This document shows positions 14,777 through 23,094 of a DNA stretch of 64,000 nt, one piece after another. The stretch is from positions 682-64,681 of the forward strand of contig CAUUYC010000004.1 of NCBI GenBank assembly GCA_963549415.1, read 5' to 3'. Source of the DNA: an uncultured Candidatus Saccharimonas sp. (GTDB taxonomy: Bacteria > Patescibacteriota > Saccharimonadia > Saccharimonadales > Saccharimonadaceae). The translations under genes were made by a program, and so were the position numbers. Positions within the stretch are counted from its first letter, which is position 1; each line of letters opens with the position of its first letter. Below the pieces are notes generated by a model. It made no database searches. It was not told the origin of the DNA and saw nothing but the letters and a program-made list of their open reading frames with translations.

Positions 14777-15832
14777 TTAGTGTATATAGTTCGAAACACT
14801 ACTTGCTGGTACTGTTCGAGTTGTTACAACGTTCAGTTTTCCAGCATAATTCATATCTGAAACAGTGATTGTTCCATCAGAGTTCACAGACTCAACAATA
14901 GCAACGTGCCCGTAGCCCCAAATGTATGAGTTTGCGTAAGCATTCCACTGAGCAATTGCACCTACAGATGGATTTTGGTCAACTTTATACCCAGCAGCTC
15001 TAGCGCTAACTGCCCAAGTTGAAGCATTACCCCAGAAACTTCCGATATCTGGACGGCGATTATATGCATACCAAGTACAGTTTCCCCAGGCATAAGCATT
15101 TCCAGCTTTGACATTGTAATTAGAAGATAGAGATACTGGTGATACGTTCACAGAGCTAGAAGATTTTCGAGAATTTGAAGTTGTAGAAGTTGAGAAAACC
15201 TTAGATTTAGGATTATAATCTGGTCGCTCTTCTTCAGGCAAGATACCGCCAGGAATTACAATCTCAACGCCTTCTTTAGGCTCTTCACCATCTTTAAGCT
15301 TATTATAAGAAATCAATCTCTCCAAATTGGCTTGGTATTTTTCTGCTACAGATTTAATACTATCGCCAGATTTAAATCGATAGATAATTCCGTCTACAGG
15401 CAGAATTCTTAATTCCTTATTAGCCTCAACTTTATCACCTTTCAAGCCATTAACCCATTTAATAGTTTGAGCAGTGATGCCATATTTATCAGCAATCGCT
15501 TGAATAACCTCTTCTGAAGTTGTAGTGTATTTAATGATTTCACGTTTTTCAGAAGAAACCTCAAGAACTTTAGGCTTTTCAACAGAAGCGGCAGCTTGAG
15601 GTGAATCCTGAAGTATCGCAGTAGATGTTGAAAGACTCGCCACAGAAGACGCGATCGCTAAATCAGCAGACTCAGCAAGATTTGCAACAACACCAGACTC
15701 CGTAACCTTGTCTGCTACAGAATATTTCTCATTACTATTTTGAGTATTTTCAACAGATTTTGAATTAATTTGATTGTTTAACTCAGTCGATTTTTTAATA
15801 TCTGGCTGGCTACCACCAAATGTGGCAACCAT
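14777..15832 (-). CDS. Peptidoglycan hydrolase with two LysM repeats and a C-terminal CHAP domain
   Basis: LysM-like repeats (YTTTSEEVIQAIADKYGI..., YRFKSGDSIKSVAEKY...) and a CHAP signature NCTWYAY...GHVAIV. The true N-terminus is uncertain (see finding). Confidence 0.85.
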   Translation of the reverse strand: MVATFGGSQPDIKKSTELNNQINSKSVENTQNSNEKYSVADKVTESGVVANLAESADLAIASSVASLSTSTAILQDSPQAAASVEKPKVLEVSSEKREIIKYTTTSEEVIQAIADKYGITAQTIKWVNGLKGDKVEANKELRILPVDGIIYRFKSGDSIKSVAEKYQANLERLISYNKLKDGEEPKEGVEIVIPGGILPEEERPDYNPKSKVFSTSTTSNSRKSSSSVNVSPVSLSSNYNVKAGNAYAWGNCTWYAYNRRPDIGSFWGNASTWAVSARAAGYKVDQNPSVGAIAQWNAYANSYIWGYGHVAIVESVNSDGTITVSDMNYAGKLNVVTTRTVPASSVSNYIH

Positions 15833-16176
15833 AACAACAATAATAAAAATAGAAGAATAAACAACAGTTGATTTTAGACTTAATATATTAATTATCTTTG
15901 AAAAAGTAGAATTAGAAACTGTATTTTTTCTATTCTGTATGATTTCAATTTTAGGAGATTTAACTCCTCGTTTTTGACTACAAATAATCTTTCTCCCGCA
16001 AACACATTACTGTGATGCACTACCTTAATAATACCCTTTCTTTTCGAAAACTAGCATAATGTCGACCTTTTTAATTAATATTATAGAGTTAAACGAATGC
16101 TATAAAGTATTTTCTGGTAGGTGCCTTAATATAAAAATGCACAAAAACATCATTTTTATATTAATTTACATATAAA

Positions 16177-16205
16177 ATTTTATCAAATATTAATACAATT
16201 GTCAA
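16177..16205 (-). promoter_or_regulatory. Consensus promoter TTGACA-17-TAAAAT upstream of the LysM-CHAP gene
   Basis: Minus strand: -35 at 16200-16205 and -10 at 16177-16182, directly after the mltG stop. Confidence 0.6.
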
Positions 16206-16211
16206 GCTTAA

Positions 16212-17381
16212 TCACAAAATCAAGCACTTTTTTGCACAATATTTTTTAACATTATCTTGATGTTCTATATCTGTTCTACCATAGTAAGTCTTATCATCAT
16301 CTCCGCTCAAAAAGAATAAATAATTATGCTCAGCCGGAAAAGCTGTTGCCTTAAGAGCAGACAGCCCTGGTGTTGCAATTGGAGTAGGTGTTAGACCTTT
16401 ATATTTTCGTAGATTATAAGGGCTATCTAAATTTGGAGTTCTTTCAGCCCCTGTTTTATCCGCAATATATTGATATGTCACATCTGAGCCAAGCGTCATT
16501 CCAGCTTTAATTCTGTTATAAAAAACACCTGCAACTTTTTGTTGATCTTCGAAATCGTTCAAGGTTTCTTTCTGAACAATTGAAGAAAGCGTGATTCCCT
16601 CATATAAACTCAAACCTTTTTGCTTAAATTTATTATCAAGGTTTAAGTCTTTAATTTTCGCTTCAAAGTCTGCAAAATATCTCCGCAAAATATTTTCAAC
16701 TTTTGTACCTTTCTTAAAATTGTGAGTTTGGCCATAAAAAAATCCTTCAAGATCCGTATTTTTTGGCTTGCCAGAGAAAAGAGTTGGAAATTCACCAGAA
16801 TAATCTTTCGAAAAAGCGTCATCAATTTCATCCTTCGAATAACCAGCTTTCAAAAGAGCGTTTTTGGCCATTTTTACCGTTCCACCAGGTAAAAAGGTAA
16901 TGTTAAAATTATCAACAGCTCGGCCTTTATTTAAAATATCTAAAACCTCAGGAATTGTCATGCTTGAAGATAACTGATAACTACCAGCTAAAATATTTCG
17001 TTTATTATTCATTCGTGCATAAAAAATAAACAAGTTTTTAGAAATAATTATTTTTTTATCAGCTAATTTCTGAGCAACCACATCTAAAGATTCGCCCTTA
17101 CTAATATTGAAATTAACTTTTTTAGAATCGTTAGTTTTATAATTTATTGCGCTATTATAGCTTAAAAATAAAATTCCACAAAAAGAAATAAAGCAAAACA
17201 ATAGAACTGTAAAAAAAACTAAAATCCTCTTTCGAAAAACTCTTTTTTTATTATTTTTTGTGTCCAAAATAGAAGCATTCTCCCTTTCGCGCTTAAATAT
17301 TTCCTCAATAACCCTTTCAGCACGATCTTCTATTAGCTCCTGCTTATCTCTATTTGCTGGTGGTTTTATAATCCCATCCAT
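16212..17381 (-). CDS. mltG: Endolytic murein transglycosylase MltG (YceG-like)
   Basis: 389 aa with an N-terminal TM and YceG motifs (SPYNLRKYKGLTPTPIATPG). It sits downstream of ruvX, as in the alaS-ruvX-mltG cluster. Confidence 0.9.
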   Translation of the reverse strand: MDGIIKPPANRDKQELIEDRAERVIEEIFKRERENASILDTKNNKKRVFRKRILVFFTVLLFCFISFCGILFLSYNSAINYKTNDSKKVNFNISKGESLDVVAQKLADKKIIISKNLFIFYARMNNKRNILAGSYQLSSSMTIPEVLDILNKGRAVDNFNITFLPGGTVKMAKNALLKAGYSKDEIDDAFSKDYSGEFPTLFSGKPKNTDLEGFFYGQTHNFKKGTKVENILRRYFADFEAKIKDLNLDNKFKQKGLSLYEGITLSSIVQKETLNDFEDQQKVAGVFYNRIKAGMTLGSDVTYQYIADKTGAERTPNLDSPYNLRKYKGLTPTPIATPGLSALKATAFPAEHNYLFFLSGDDDKTYYGRTDIEHQDNVKKYCAKKCLIL

Positions 17382-17794
17382 TAAAAATTCTCCTCCAAAT
17401 AATCTTGTAAAATAATTGAAGCCGCATTCATATCGATATCGCCTTTTGAATATGGCTTTCCATAGCTTTTTAGCCTATCTTCAGCCTGAATACTCGTCAA
17501 GCTTTCATCTTGAAAACAAATTTTATCGACTGAATATTCAAAATTTTTTACAAATTCTTTGGTATAAGCAGTTTGCAAAGTCTCTTCACCACTCTGATTT
17601 CGTGGTAACCCAACTACAAGAACGTCGATTTCCTCTTTCGAAATTATCTCAATAATTTGTTTTATTGCAGAATCTACACCATTATTCACTTCAACAGTAG
17701 TAAATGGTATTGCTATTTTAATAAAGGAGTCAGCCAAAGCGATACCAATCCTCTTAGTACCAACATCCAGCGCCATTAACTTTAAAGATTTCAT
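17381..17794 (-). CDS. ruvX: Putative pre-16S rRNA nuclease / Holliday junction resolvase-like RuvX (YqgF)
   Basis: 137 aa with MALDVGTKRIGIALAD. It shares 1-nt overlaps with both neighbours. Confidence 0.9.
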   Translation of the reverse strand: MKSLKLMALDVGTKRIGIALADSFIKIAIPFTTVEVNNGVDSAIKQIIEIISKEEIDVLVVGLPRNQSGEETLQTAYTKEFVKNFEYSVDKICFQDESLTSIQAEDRLKSYGKPYSKGDIDMNAASIILQDYLEENF

Positions 17795-19404
17795 TATTTA
17801 TCAACCGTAAACTTGATATTAATTTTTTTATCATCGTTCGGCACAGTATTTACCCAAAAGAATGAAAACTTCACGTCAACGTTTTTTACACCCTCTTTCG
17901 CTTCAATTAAACTTCGAACTTCACCAGATTTTTTACCCTTAATTTTATCTTTTAAATTATTTATATCAATAACTGGGCCAATTTTTACATTTGATGAGAT
18001 TTCTACACTGTTACCACTAAATTTCGAAAATGAGACATCTTTCAAGCCATAATCATAAATTTTTTGATTATTTAAATCATCCATTTTATTCTTAGTAAGA
18101 GAAGAAATAACTCTTTCAATACTTCTATTTTCAATTGCAACGATTGAATATATAGAAGTTGCTTTTAATGTAGCCTTACCATTTGGAGCCTCTTGATTGA
18201 TGGTAACGGAAGAAGAAATCTCACCGTCTTTTACGGAGAAGCTATCGTTCAGTACAGTATAATCTGAGCCGAATTTAGCTTTTAGGGAACTCTTAATAGA
18301 ATCCGCATTTTCTGTATTGATTTTAGCTTTTGCTGCATTTATGTCATTTTGCGAAACAACTTTTAAAGTTTTTTTCGAACCACCTGAAAGCTGACCGCCA
18401 CTTGCCGAAACACCCTTAATTGATGAAACATATTCTTGCGCTGGCAGATTACATTGCTCGCCGATAGTCGTCGCCTTAATTTTAACACTTGCTTTTCCGT
18501 TAGAAATTACACCACCTTTAATCTTTGCTCCTGGAATAATAACAGATGAGGTTGTAATAAAATTACATTGCCCAGCCGAAAATGCAGAGCCTTGTGCCAC
18601 AGTAACAGGATCACTATCACCACTTTGAGAAAGATTTAAAGTTCCTGAAGCAGCCTCACCCTCTTCACGAGTTCCAGTCGCCTCAAAAGTAATTTCATGA
18701 TTTTTTTCAACAGTTTCAGTTTTTGAAAGCAACGAATTTTCACTTGTGCTATTAGAAATCGAAGTAATACCTTTTATATTGGTAGTTGAGGTTTTTGCAG
18801 CAATCGTGATATCCGCAAATGGAGCAAAGAATATCGCCCAAATCATAAATACTAAAAATACAGAGAATACCCCACCGATAATGAGAATTTTTTTTCGAAA
18901 CTTTGAAAAATCTGGAACTTTCGATCCTTTTCTAGATTTATTAGTCTTCTCTTTTTTAAGCTCTGGATTAATCTTGTTAAAATTCTTGTTATCATCAATA
19001 TCAATTCCCTCAAGAATTTCAGCTTCCTTCTCATCAGAAGTTGGACCGCTAAAATCCGAAATTGGCAAGCTTTCACCATCGATAACATCATCTCCTTCAA
19101 CTTCTAAAATATCGATTTCTGGTACCTCTGGCTTACTTTGAAGGGTTTTTGAAACTGGAATTTTTGCCGCTGCCGACATAGTCTTTAATGCAGAATTATT
19201 GGTAATAAAAACAATCTTCTTATCATTTTTTTGTGCAGCCCGAGAAAGCAAGCGAATATTTACAGCACTCCTAAAAATACCCAAACTTTTTGGTGGAACA
19301 ATTGCAATAATTTTTTCTTTCGAAGATTTTATTTTATTAACAACATCCGTAATATCATCTTCAACATCGACATAGATTACATCTTTTTTAACTTTTTCAC
19401 TCAT
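17794..19404 (-). CDS. Single-pass membrane protein, function unknown, coupled to the ftsA-like gene
   Basis: 536 aa with a cytoplasmic N-domain, a TM near residues 175-200 and an S/T/G-rich beta-type ectodomain. An AAGAGG SD precedes it. Confidence 0.75.
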   Translation of the reverse strand: MSEKVKKDVIYVDVEDDITDVVNKIKSSKEKIIAIVPPKSLGIFRSAVNIRLLSRAAQKNDKKIVFITNNSALKTMSAAAKIPVSKTLQSKPEVPEIDILEVEGDDVIDGESLPISDFSGPTSDEKEAEILEGIDIDDNKNFNKINPELKKEKTNKSRKGSKVPDFSKFRKKILIIGGVFSVFLVFMIWAIFFAPFADITIAAKTSTTNIKGITSISNSTSENSLLSKTETVEKNHEITFEATGTREEGEAASGTLNLSQSGDSDPVTVAQGSAFSAGQCNFITTSSVIIPGAKIKGGVISNGKASVKIKATTIGEQCNLPAQEYVSSIKGVSASGGQLSGGSKKTLKVVSQNDINAAKAKINTENADSIKSSLKAKFGSDYTVLNDSFSVKDGEISSSVTINQEAPNGKATLKATSIYSIVAIENRSIERVISSLTKNKMDDLNNQKIYDYGLKDVSFSKFSGNSVEISSNVKIGPVIDINNLKDKIKGKKSGEVRSLIEAKEGVKNVDVKFSFFWVNTVPNDDKKINIKFTVDK

Positions 19405-19416
19405 ATCTTACCTCTT

Positions 19417-20676
19417 TTAAGCTCGTAAAATCCTGTTTAGTTTATCACGAAAACTCTCGCTAGCATTTTCATCAGTACTGTAAGTGTCATATCCGACTCG
19501 TAAAAGCCCCATTGCCGTAATAAATGTATGGTCGTTAATTTTTCCAGATTCATCAATAACTCCCGAAACTTCAGAAGGCTTAATATGCTTTACTATAGGC
19601 TTTTTATTGAATGGTAATTCTTGCCACCAATCGTCATTTTCCAATCTTTCAACAAGAGATTCTAAGCTTGAGCCACCACCACATAGCAACATCTTACTTG
19701 GCAAATAATCAACATTTTCAAAATCGCTTAAAGCTAGTTCAACGCCAGAAATCCAAACATCCAAAGTATTATCAATTGCATCGATTGCCTGCTTTGCAAT
19801 AGTAGACTTGAGTTTTTCATTCGAAAGGTTTAGCTTTAGCTTTTCAGCGTTATTATAAGACAACGAAAGCTCATTCGCAATTTGATTCGTGAAACTTCGA
19901 CCACCAATTCCGAACATTTTAGTTCCTTCAACACCACCATCATTCACGACAGCAATATCAGTTGTTCCACCACCGACATCAGCTAAAATTGCAGTAAAAT
20001 TGCTTGAAGAGTCTGAACCAACAACACTTCTAGCAACTGCAAAAGGTTCAGCTGCTACCGCAATTAAATCAAGCGCAAGCTCATTTGCAACACGCTCAAT
20101 AGCACCAATATGAACAGTTGGCGCAAAAGCTGTATAAATCTGAATTGAAACATCTTTCCCCTGAAAACCAATCGGATTCGAAACCTTATAGCCATCAATA
20201 TGAATCCCAACAATTGCCGAATTAACAAGTTTGATTTCAGCTTCTTGGTTTCCCGTCTCAAGAGCAATCTCTCTTTGAGCTTTAAGCTGAGCTCTTTCTT
20301 GAATTTTATCAATAATAAATTCCATTTCAGCTTCATCAAGAGGGCGATTTGGCTGCGGACGACGATATTTAATTGTATTTGTCGCTCCTTTAACTAACTC
20401 GCCAGCAATTCCGATTACGGCTTTTTTAGCTTGAATCTCCGCTTGGTCTTCCGCCTCAATCAAAGCATTCTCGCAATTTTGAACAACACTAGCAATATCA
20501 GCAATCGCACCCGAATGCATATCCGCCACATTCTGCCGTGCACGCCCAACACCAATAACACGAATTTCATCACCATCAATTTCAGCTACAAGAGCCTTTA
20601 CGAATTCAGTTCCAATATCAAGGGCAACGATATGATTATCGCTTAAATCTTCTTTTTGTTTATTCTTGAATAGCAT
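19417..20676 (-). CDS. ftsA: Actin-like ATPase, FtsA-type cell division protein
   Basis: 419 aa with phosphate-1 VALDIGTEFVK, ADVGGGTTDIAV and LCGGGS motifs typical of FtsA. Confidence 0.82.
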   Translation of the reverse strand: MLFKNKQKEDLSDNHIVALDIGTEFVKALVAEIDGDEIRVIGVGRARQNVADMHSGAIADIASVVQNCENALIEAEDQAEIQAKKAVIGIAGELVKGATNTIKYRRPQPNRPLDEAEMEFIIDKIQERAQLKAQREIALETGNQEAEIKLVNSAIVGIHIDGYKVSNPIGFQGKDVSIQIYTAFAPTVHIGAIERVANELALDLIAVAAEPFAVARSVVGSDSSSNFTAILADVGGGTTDIAVVNDGGVEGTKMFGIGGRSFTNQIANELSLSYNNAEKLKLNLSNEKLKSTIAKQAIDAIDNTLDVWISGVELALSDFENVDYLPSKMLLCGGGSSLESLVERLENDDWWQELPFNKKPIVKHIKPSEVSGVIDESGKINDHTFITAMGLLRVGYDTYSTDENASESFRDKLNRILRA

Positions 20677-20685
20677 ACCAACACT

Positions 20686-20714
20686 ATTATAAACCGTTTA
20701 AGGTTTTTTTGCAA
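20686..20714 (-). promoter_or_regulatory. Promoter TTGCAA-17-TATAAT, -10 box 9 nt upstream of the ftsA-like ATG
   Basis: Minus strand: -35 at 20709-20714, -10 at 20686-20691, ATG at 20674-20676. No SD. Confidence 0.6.
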
Positions 20715-20720
20715 ATTTTC

Positions 20721-20748
20721 GAAAGAAAAATCAGCCTTTAGACTGATT
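20721..20748 (-). terminator. Terminator downstream of alaS
   Basis: Minus-strand hairpin AATCAG...CTGATT (20729-20734 / 20743-20748), followed by TTTTTCTTTC. Confidence 0.55.
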
Positions 20749-20757
20749 AATCTATTT

Positions 20758-22707
20758 TTATCGTAAAACTGCTTTAATTCTTCGCACGCCAGCACTCGAA
20801 GATTGTTCTTTCACAATCTTGAATTTCTTGCCACCCTCAGCAAGCTCTCGCGTATTATCAACATGCGGACCACCACAAATTTCAACACTAAACGGTTTTT
20901 CACCTTCGGCCTTCATTGTATAAACTTTAACAGTCTCACCGTATTTATCGCCAAACACACCAATCGCTTTTAGCTCATTTAAGGCGTAATCTGTTGGATA
21001 TTCCGCCCAAGAAACCTCCAGTCCTTTCGAAATTTGATTATTAACCGTATCCTCAATATGCTGTTTTTCTTCATCAGTTAGTTTTCGATCAAAAGTAAAA
21101 TCAAAACGGAGCCGCTCAGAATTAATATTTGAACCTTTTTGCGCAATTTGCCCCTTGAACATATTGTGAAGTGCTGCATTCATTAAGTGCGTAGCCGTAT
21201 GAAGCTTGCGGTGTTCGATAGTTTGCCCTTCAAGACCACCTTTAAACTTACCTTTCGAAGCTGTTTGTGAACGTTCACGCTGCTCTTTCATTTTAGCATC
21301 AAATTCCTCGCGCCAATTAGTAGAAAGATTAATGTCTCGCCTTCTAGACTCCTCTATAGAAAGCTCAGATGGAAATCCATAAGTATCATAAAGACTAAAA
21401 ATATCTTCACCACTCATACATGCTAATCCAACATAGTGAAATTTTCCATCAGCAGGGATTTTATTACGTTTTTTATCATCTGCATATTTATGTGCAATCC
21501 TATCAAATTCTTTTAATCCTTTTCGTAAAGTTCGACGGAAAGCTTTTTCTTCTTTCACCATAACTGCAATAATTTCATCAGATTTTAAAGCAACTTCCTT
21601 GTAATCTGGTGCATAGATACCAACAATTACTGGCACAATCTGTTCTACAAAATTATCTTCTATACCCAAATCGAAAGCCTTCGCCATCGCGCGACGAATA
21701 AATTTTCGCATCACATAGCCTTGCTCTTTATTTGAAGGAATACATCCATCAACTGCCAAAAATGTTGCACTTCGCAAGTGGTCGGCAATCACGCGCATCG
21801 AAACTTTATTTTCATCGTATTTTTTACCACTAATTTCTTCAAGTTTTTCAATAATTGGCTTCATCAAGCTAATTTGAAATACATCTGGATTATTAATTTT
21901 CGCCGCGGCAATCCTTTCTAAGCCACCACCGAAATCAACGTTTTTCTTTTCAAGCGGCTCGAAAGAACCATCTTCCATTCGTCGATATTGCATAAAAACC
22001 TGATTGCCGATTTCCATAAACCGACCGCTATCACTCGCTGGATGAGCCTCCCCAAAACTAGCATCATGATTTTCTTCACCAAAGTCATAAAAAACTTCTG
22101 AATCCGGCCCACAAGGATCACCAATCGGTGTTGAATCTAGACCACCACCACGGCTCCACCAGTTTTCTTTATCGTTATAAAAGAAAATTCGTCCGCCTTG
22201 AAGCCCAAGCTTATCACCATTTTCAGCCGTATCAAGCTCAACAATTTTTGCATCAATACCTTTTTCAGCAAAAACCTTTCGCCAAATCTCTGCTGATTCA
22301 TCATCACGTGGAATATTGTATTTTTCGTTACCAATAAAACAAGAAACATATATTTTCGAAGGATCAAGACCTACTACATCTGTTAAGAATTCAAAAAATT
22401 GCCGAATTTGCTGCTCTTTAAAATAATCACCGAGAGACCAATTTCCAAGCATTTCGAAAAAAGTTGTATGGCGGTTATCGCCAACATCATCAATATCTTG
22501 CGCCCGCAAGCAGGTCTGGCTATCTGTTAATCGCACACCCTTTGGATGTTTTTCGCCCAAAAGATACGGCAAGAGCGGCTGCATTCCACTCCCTGTGAAA
22601 AGAGTTGTTGGGTCATCTTTTAAAATTAAAGAAGCGCGTTCGATTACTTCATGGCCATTTTTTTGACAAAATTCTAAATAAGCTTTTCGGATTTCTTGTG
22701 CATTCAT
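20758..22707 (-). CDS. alaS: Alanyl-tRNA synthetase, short form lacking the C-Ala/DHHA1 domain
   Basis: 649 aa with the class II catalytic core, the tRNA-recognition domain and editing-domain HTATH...CGGPH zinc motifs. The ORF ends shortly after the editing domain. Confidence 0.95.
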   Translation of the reverse strand: MNAQEIRKAYLEFCQKNGHEVIERASLILKDDPTTLFTGSGMQPLLPYLLGEKHPKGVRLTDSQTCLRAQDIDDVGDNRHTTFFEMLGNWSLGDYFKEQQIRQFFEFLTDVVGLDPSKIYVSCFIGNEKYNIPRDDESAEIWRKVFAEKGIDAKIVELDTAENGDKLGLQGGRIFFYNDKENWWSRGGGLDSTPIGDPCGPDSEVFYDFGEENHDASFGEAHPASDSGRFMEIGNQVFMQYRRMEDGSFEPLEKKNVDFGGGLERIAAAKINNPDVFQISLMKPIIEKLEEISGKKYDENKVSMRVIADHLRSATFLAVDGCIPSNKEQGYVMRKFIRRAMAKAFDLGIEDNFVEQIVPVIVGIYAPDYKEVALKSDEIIAVMVKEEKAFRRTLRKGLKEFDRIAHKYADDKKRNKIPADGKFHYVGLACMSGEDIFSLYDTYGFPSELSIEESRRRDINLSTNWREEFDAKMKEQRERSQTASKGKFKGGLEGQTIEHRKLHTATHLMNAALHNMFKGQIAQKGSNINSERLRFDFTFDRKLTDEEKQHIEDTVNNQISKGLEVSWAEYPTDYALNELKAIGVFGDKYGETVKVYTMKAEGEKPFSVEICGGPHVDNTRELAEGGKKFKIVKEQSSSAGVRRIKAVLR

Positions 22708-22715
22708 ATTCTTTC

Positions 22716-22744
22716 ATTTTACCAAATTTTAGCCTTTTTAGCAA
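22716..22744 (-). promoter_or_regulatory. Promoter TTGCTA-17-TGgTAAAAT, -10 box 8 nt upstream of the alaS ATG
   Basis: Minus strand: -10 at 22716-22721, -35 at 22739-22744, ATG at 22705-22707. Confidence 0.5.
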
Positions 22745-22748
22745 ATTG

Positions 22749-22777
22749 TTGACTTTTAAAATTATATTTTGTATAAT
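22749..22777 (+). promoter_or_regulatory. Consensus promoter TTGACT-17-TATAAT, back-to-back with the alaS promoter
   Basis: -35 at 22749-22754 and -10 at 22772-22777. It drives the small ORF at 22809. Confidence 0.65.
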
Positions 22778-22808
22778 TTAAGCATTCTAATATTATCGGA
22801 GGTACATT

Positions 22809-22973
22809 ATGAGAGAAGTAAAAACTCCTCGCGCATTTATAGTTCGTTCTTTACTTTCAATTTTTATAATGATTTATTTTGGTATGCTTATATTCGTTAT
22901 TTTAAATAACGAGCCTATCAACAATCAGACCAATAACCCACAAAATGAACAAAGAATTGAAAAATTGAAATAA
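22809..22973 (+). CDS. 54-aa small membrane protein (below the ORF-track cutoff)
   Basis: GGAGG at 22798-22802 lies 6 nt before the ATG. The peptide MREVKTPRAFIVRSLLSIFIMIYFGMLIFVILNNEP... has one TM. A consensus promoter and a terminator flank it. Confidence 0.55.
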   Translation: MREVKTPRAFIVRSLLSIFIMIYFGMLIFVILNNEPINNQTNNPQNEQRIEKLK

Positions 22974-23004
22974 AACTGTTATATCTACACTTAATTATTT
23001 TCGA

Positions 23005-23035
23005 AAGTCAGTACATACTGACTTTTCCTTTTTAT
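23005..23035 (+). terminator. Terminator of the small ORF
   Basis: AAGTCAGTA (23005-23013) pairs with TACTGACTT (23016-23024), followed by a T-rich tail. Confidence 0.6.
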
Positions 23036-23040
23036 AATAA

Positions 23041-23073
23041 ATAAAACCACTCTTCAATTTTCGAAAAGTGGTT
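23041..23073 (-). terminator. Terminator downstream of the 427-aa gene, with a TTTTCGAAAA core
   Basis: AACCACT (23045-23051) pairs with AGTGGTT (23067-23073). A TTTTAT run follows on the minus strand. Confidence 0.5.
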
Positions 23074-23094
23074 CAATATCTTAACTACAAAATT

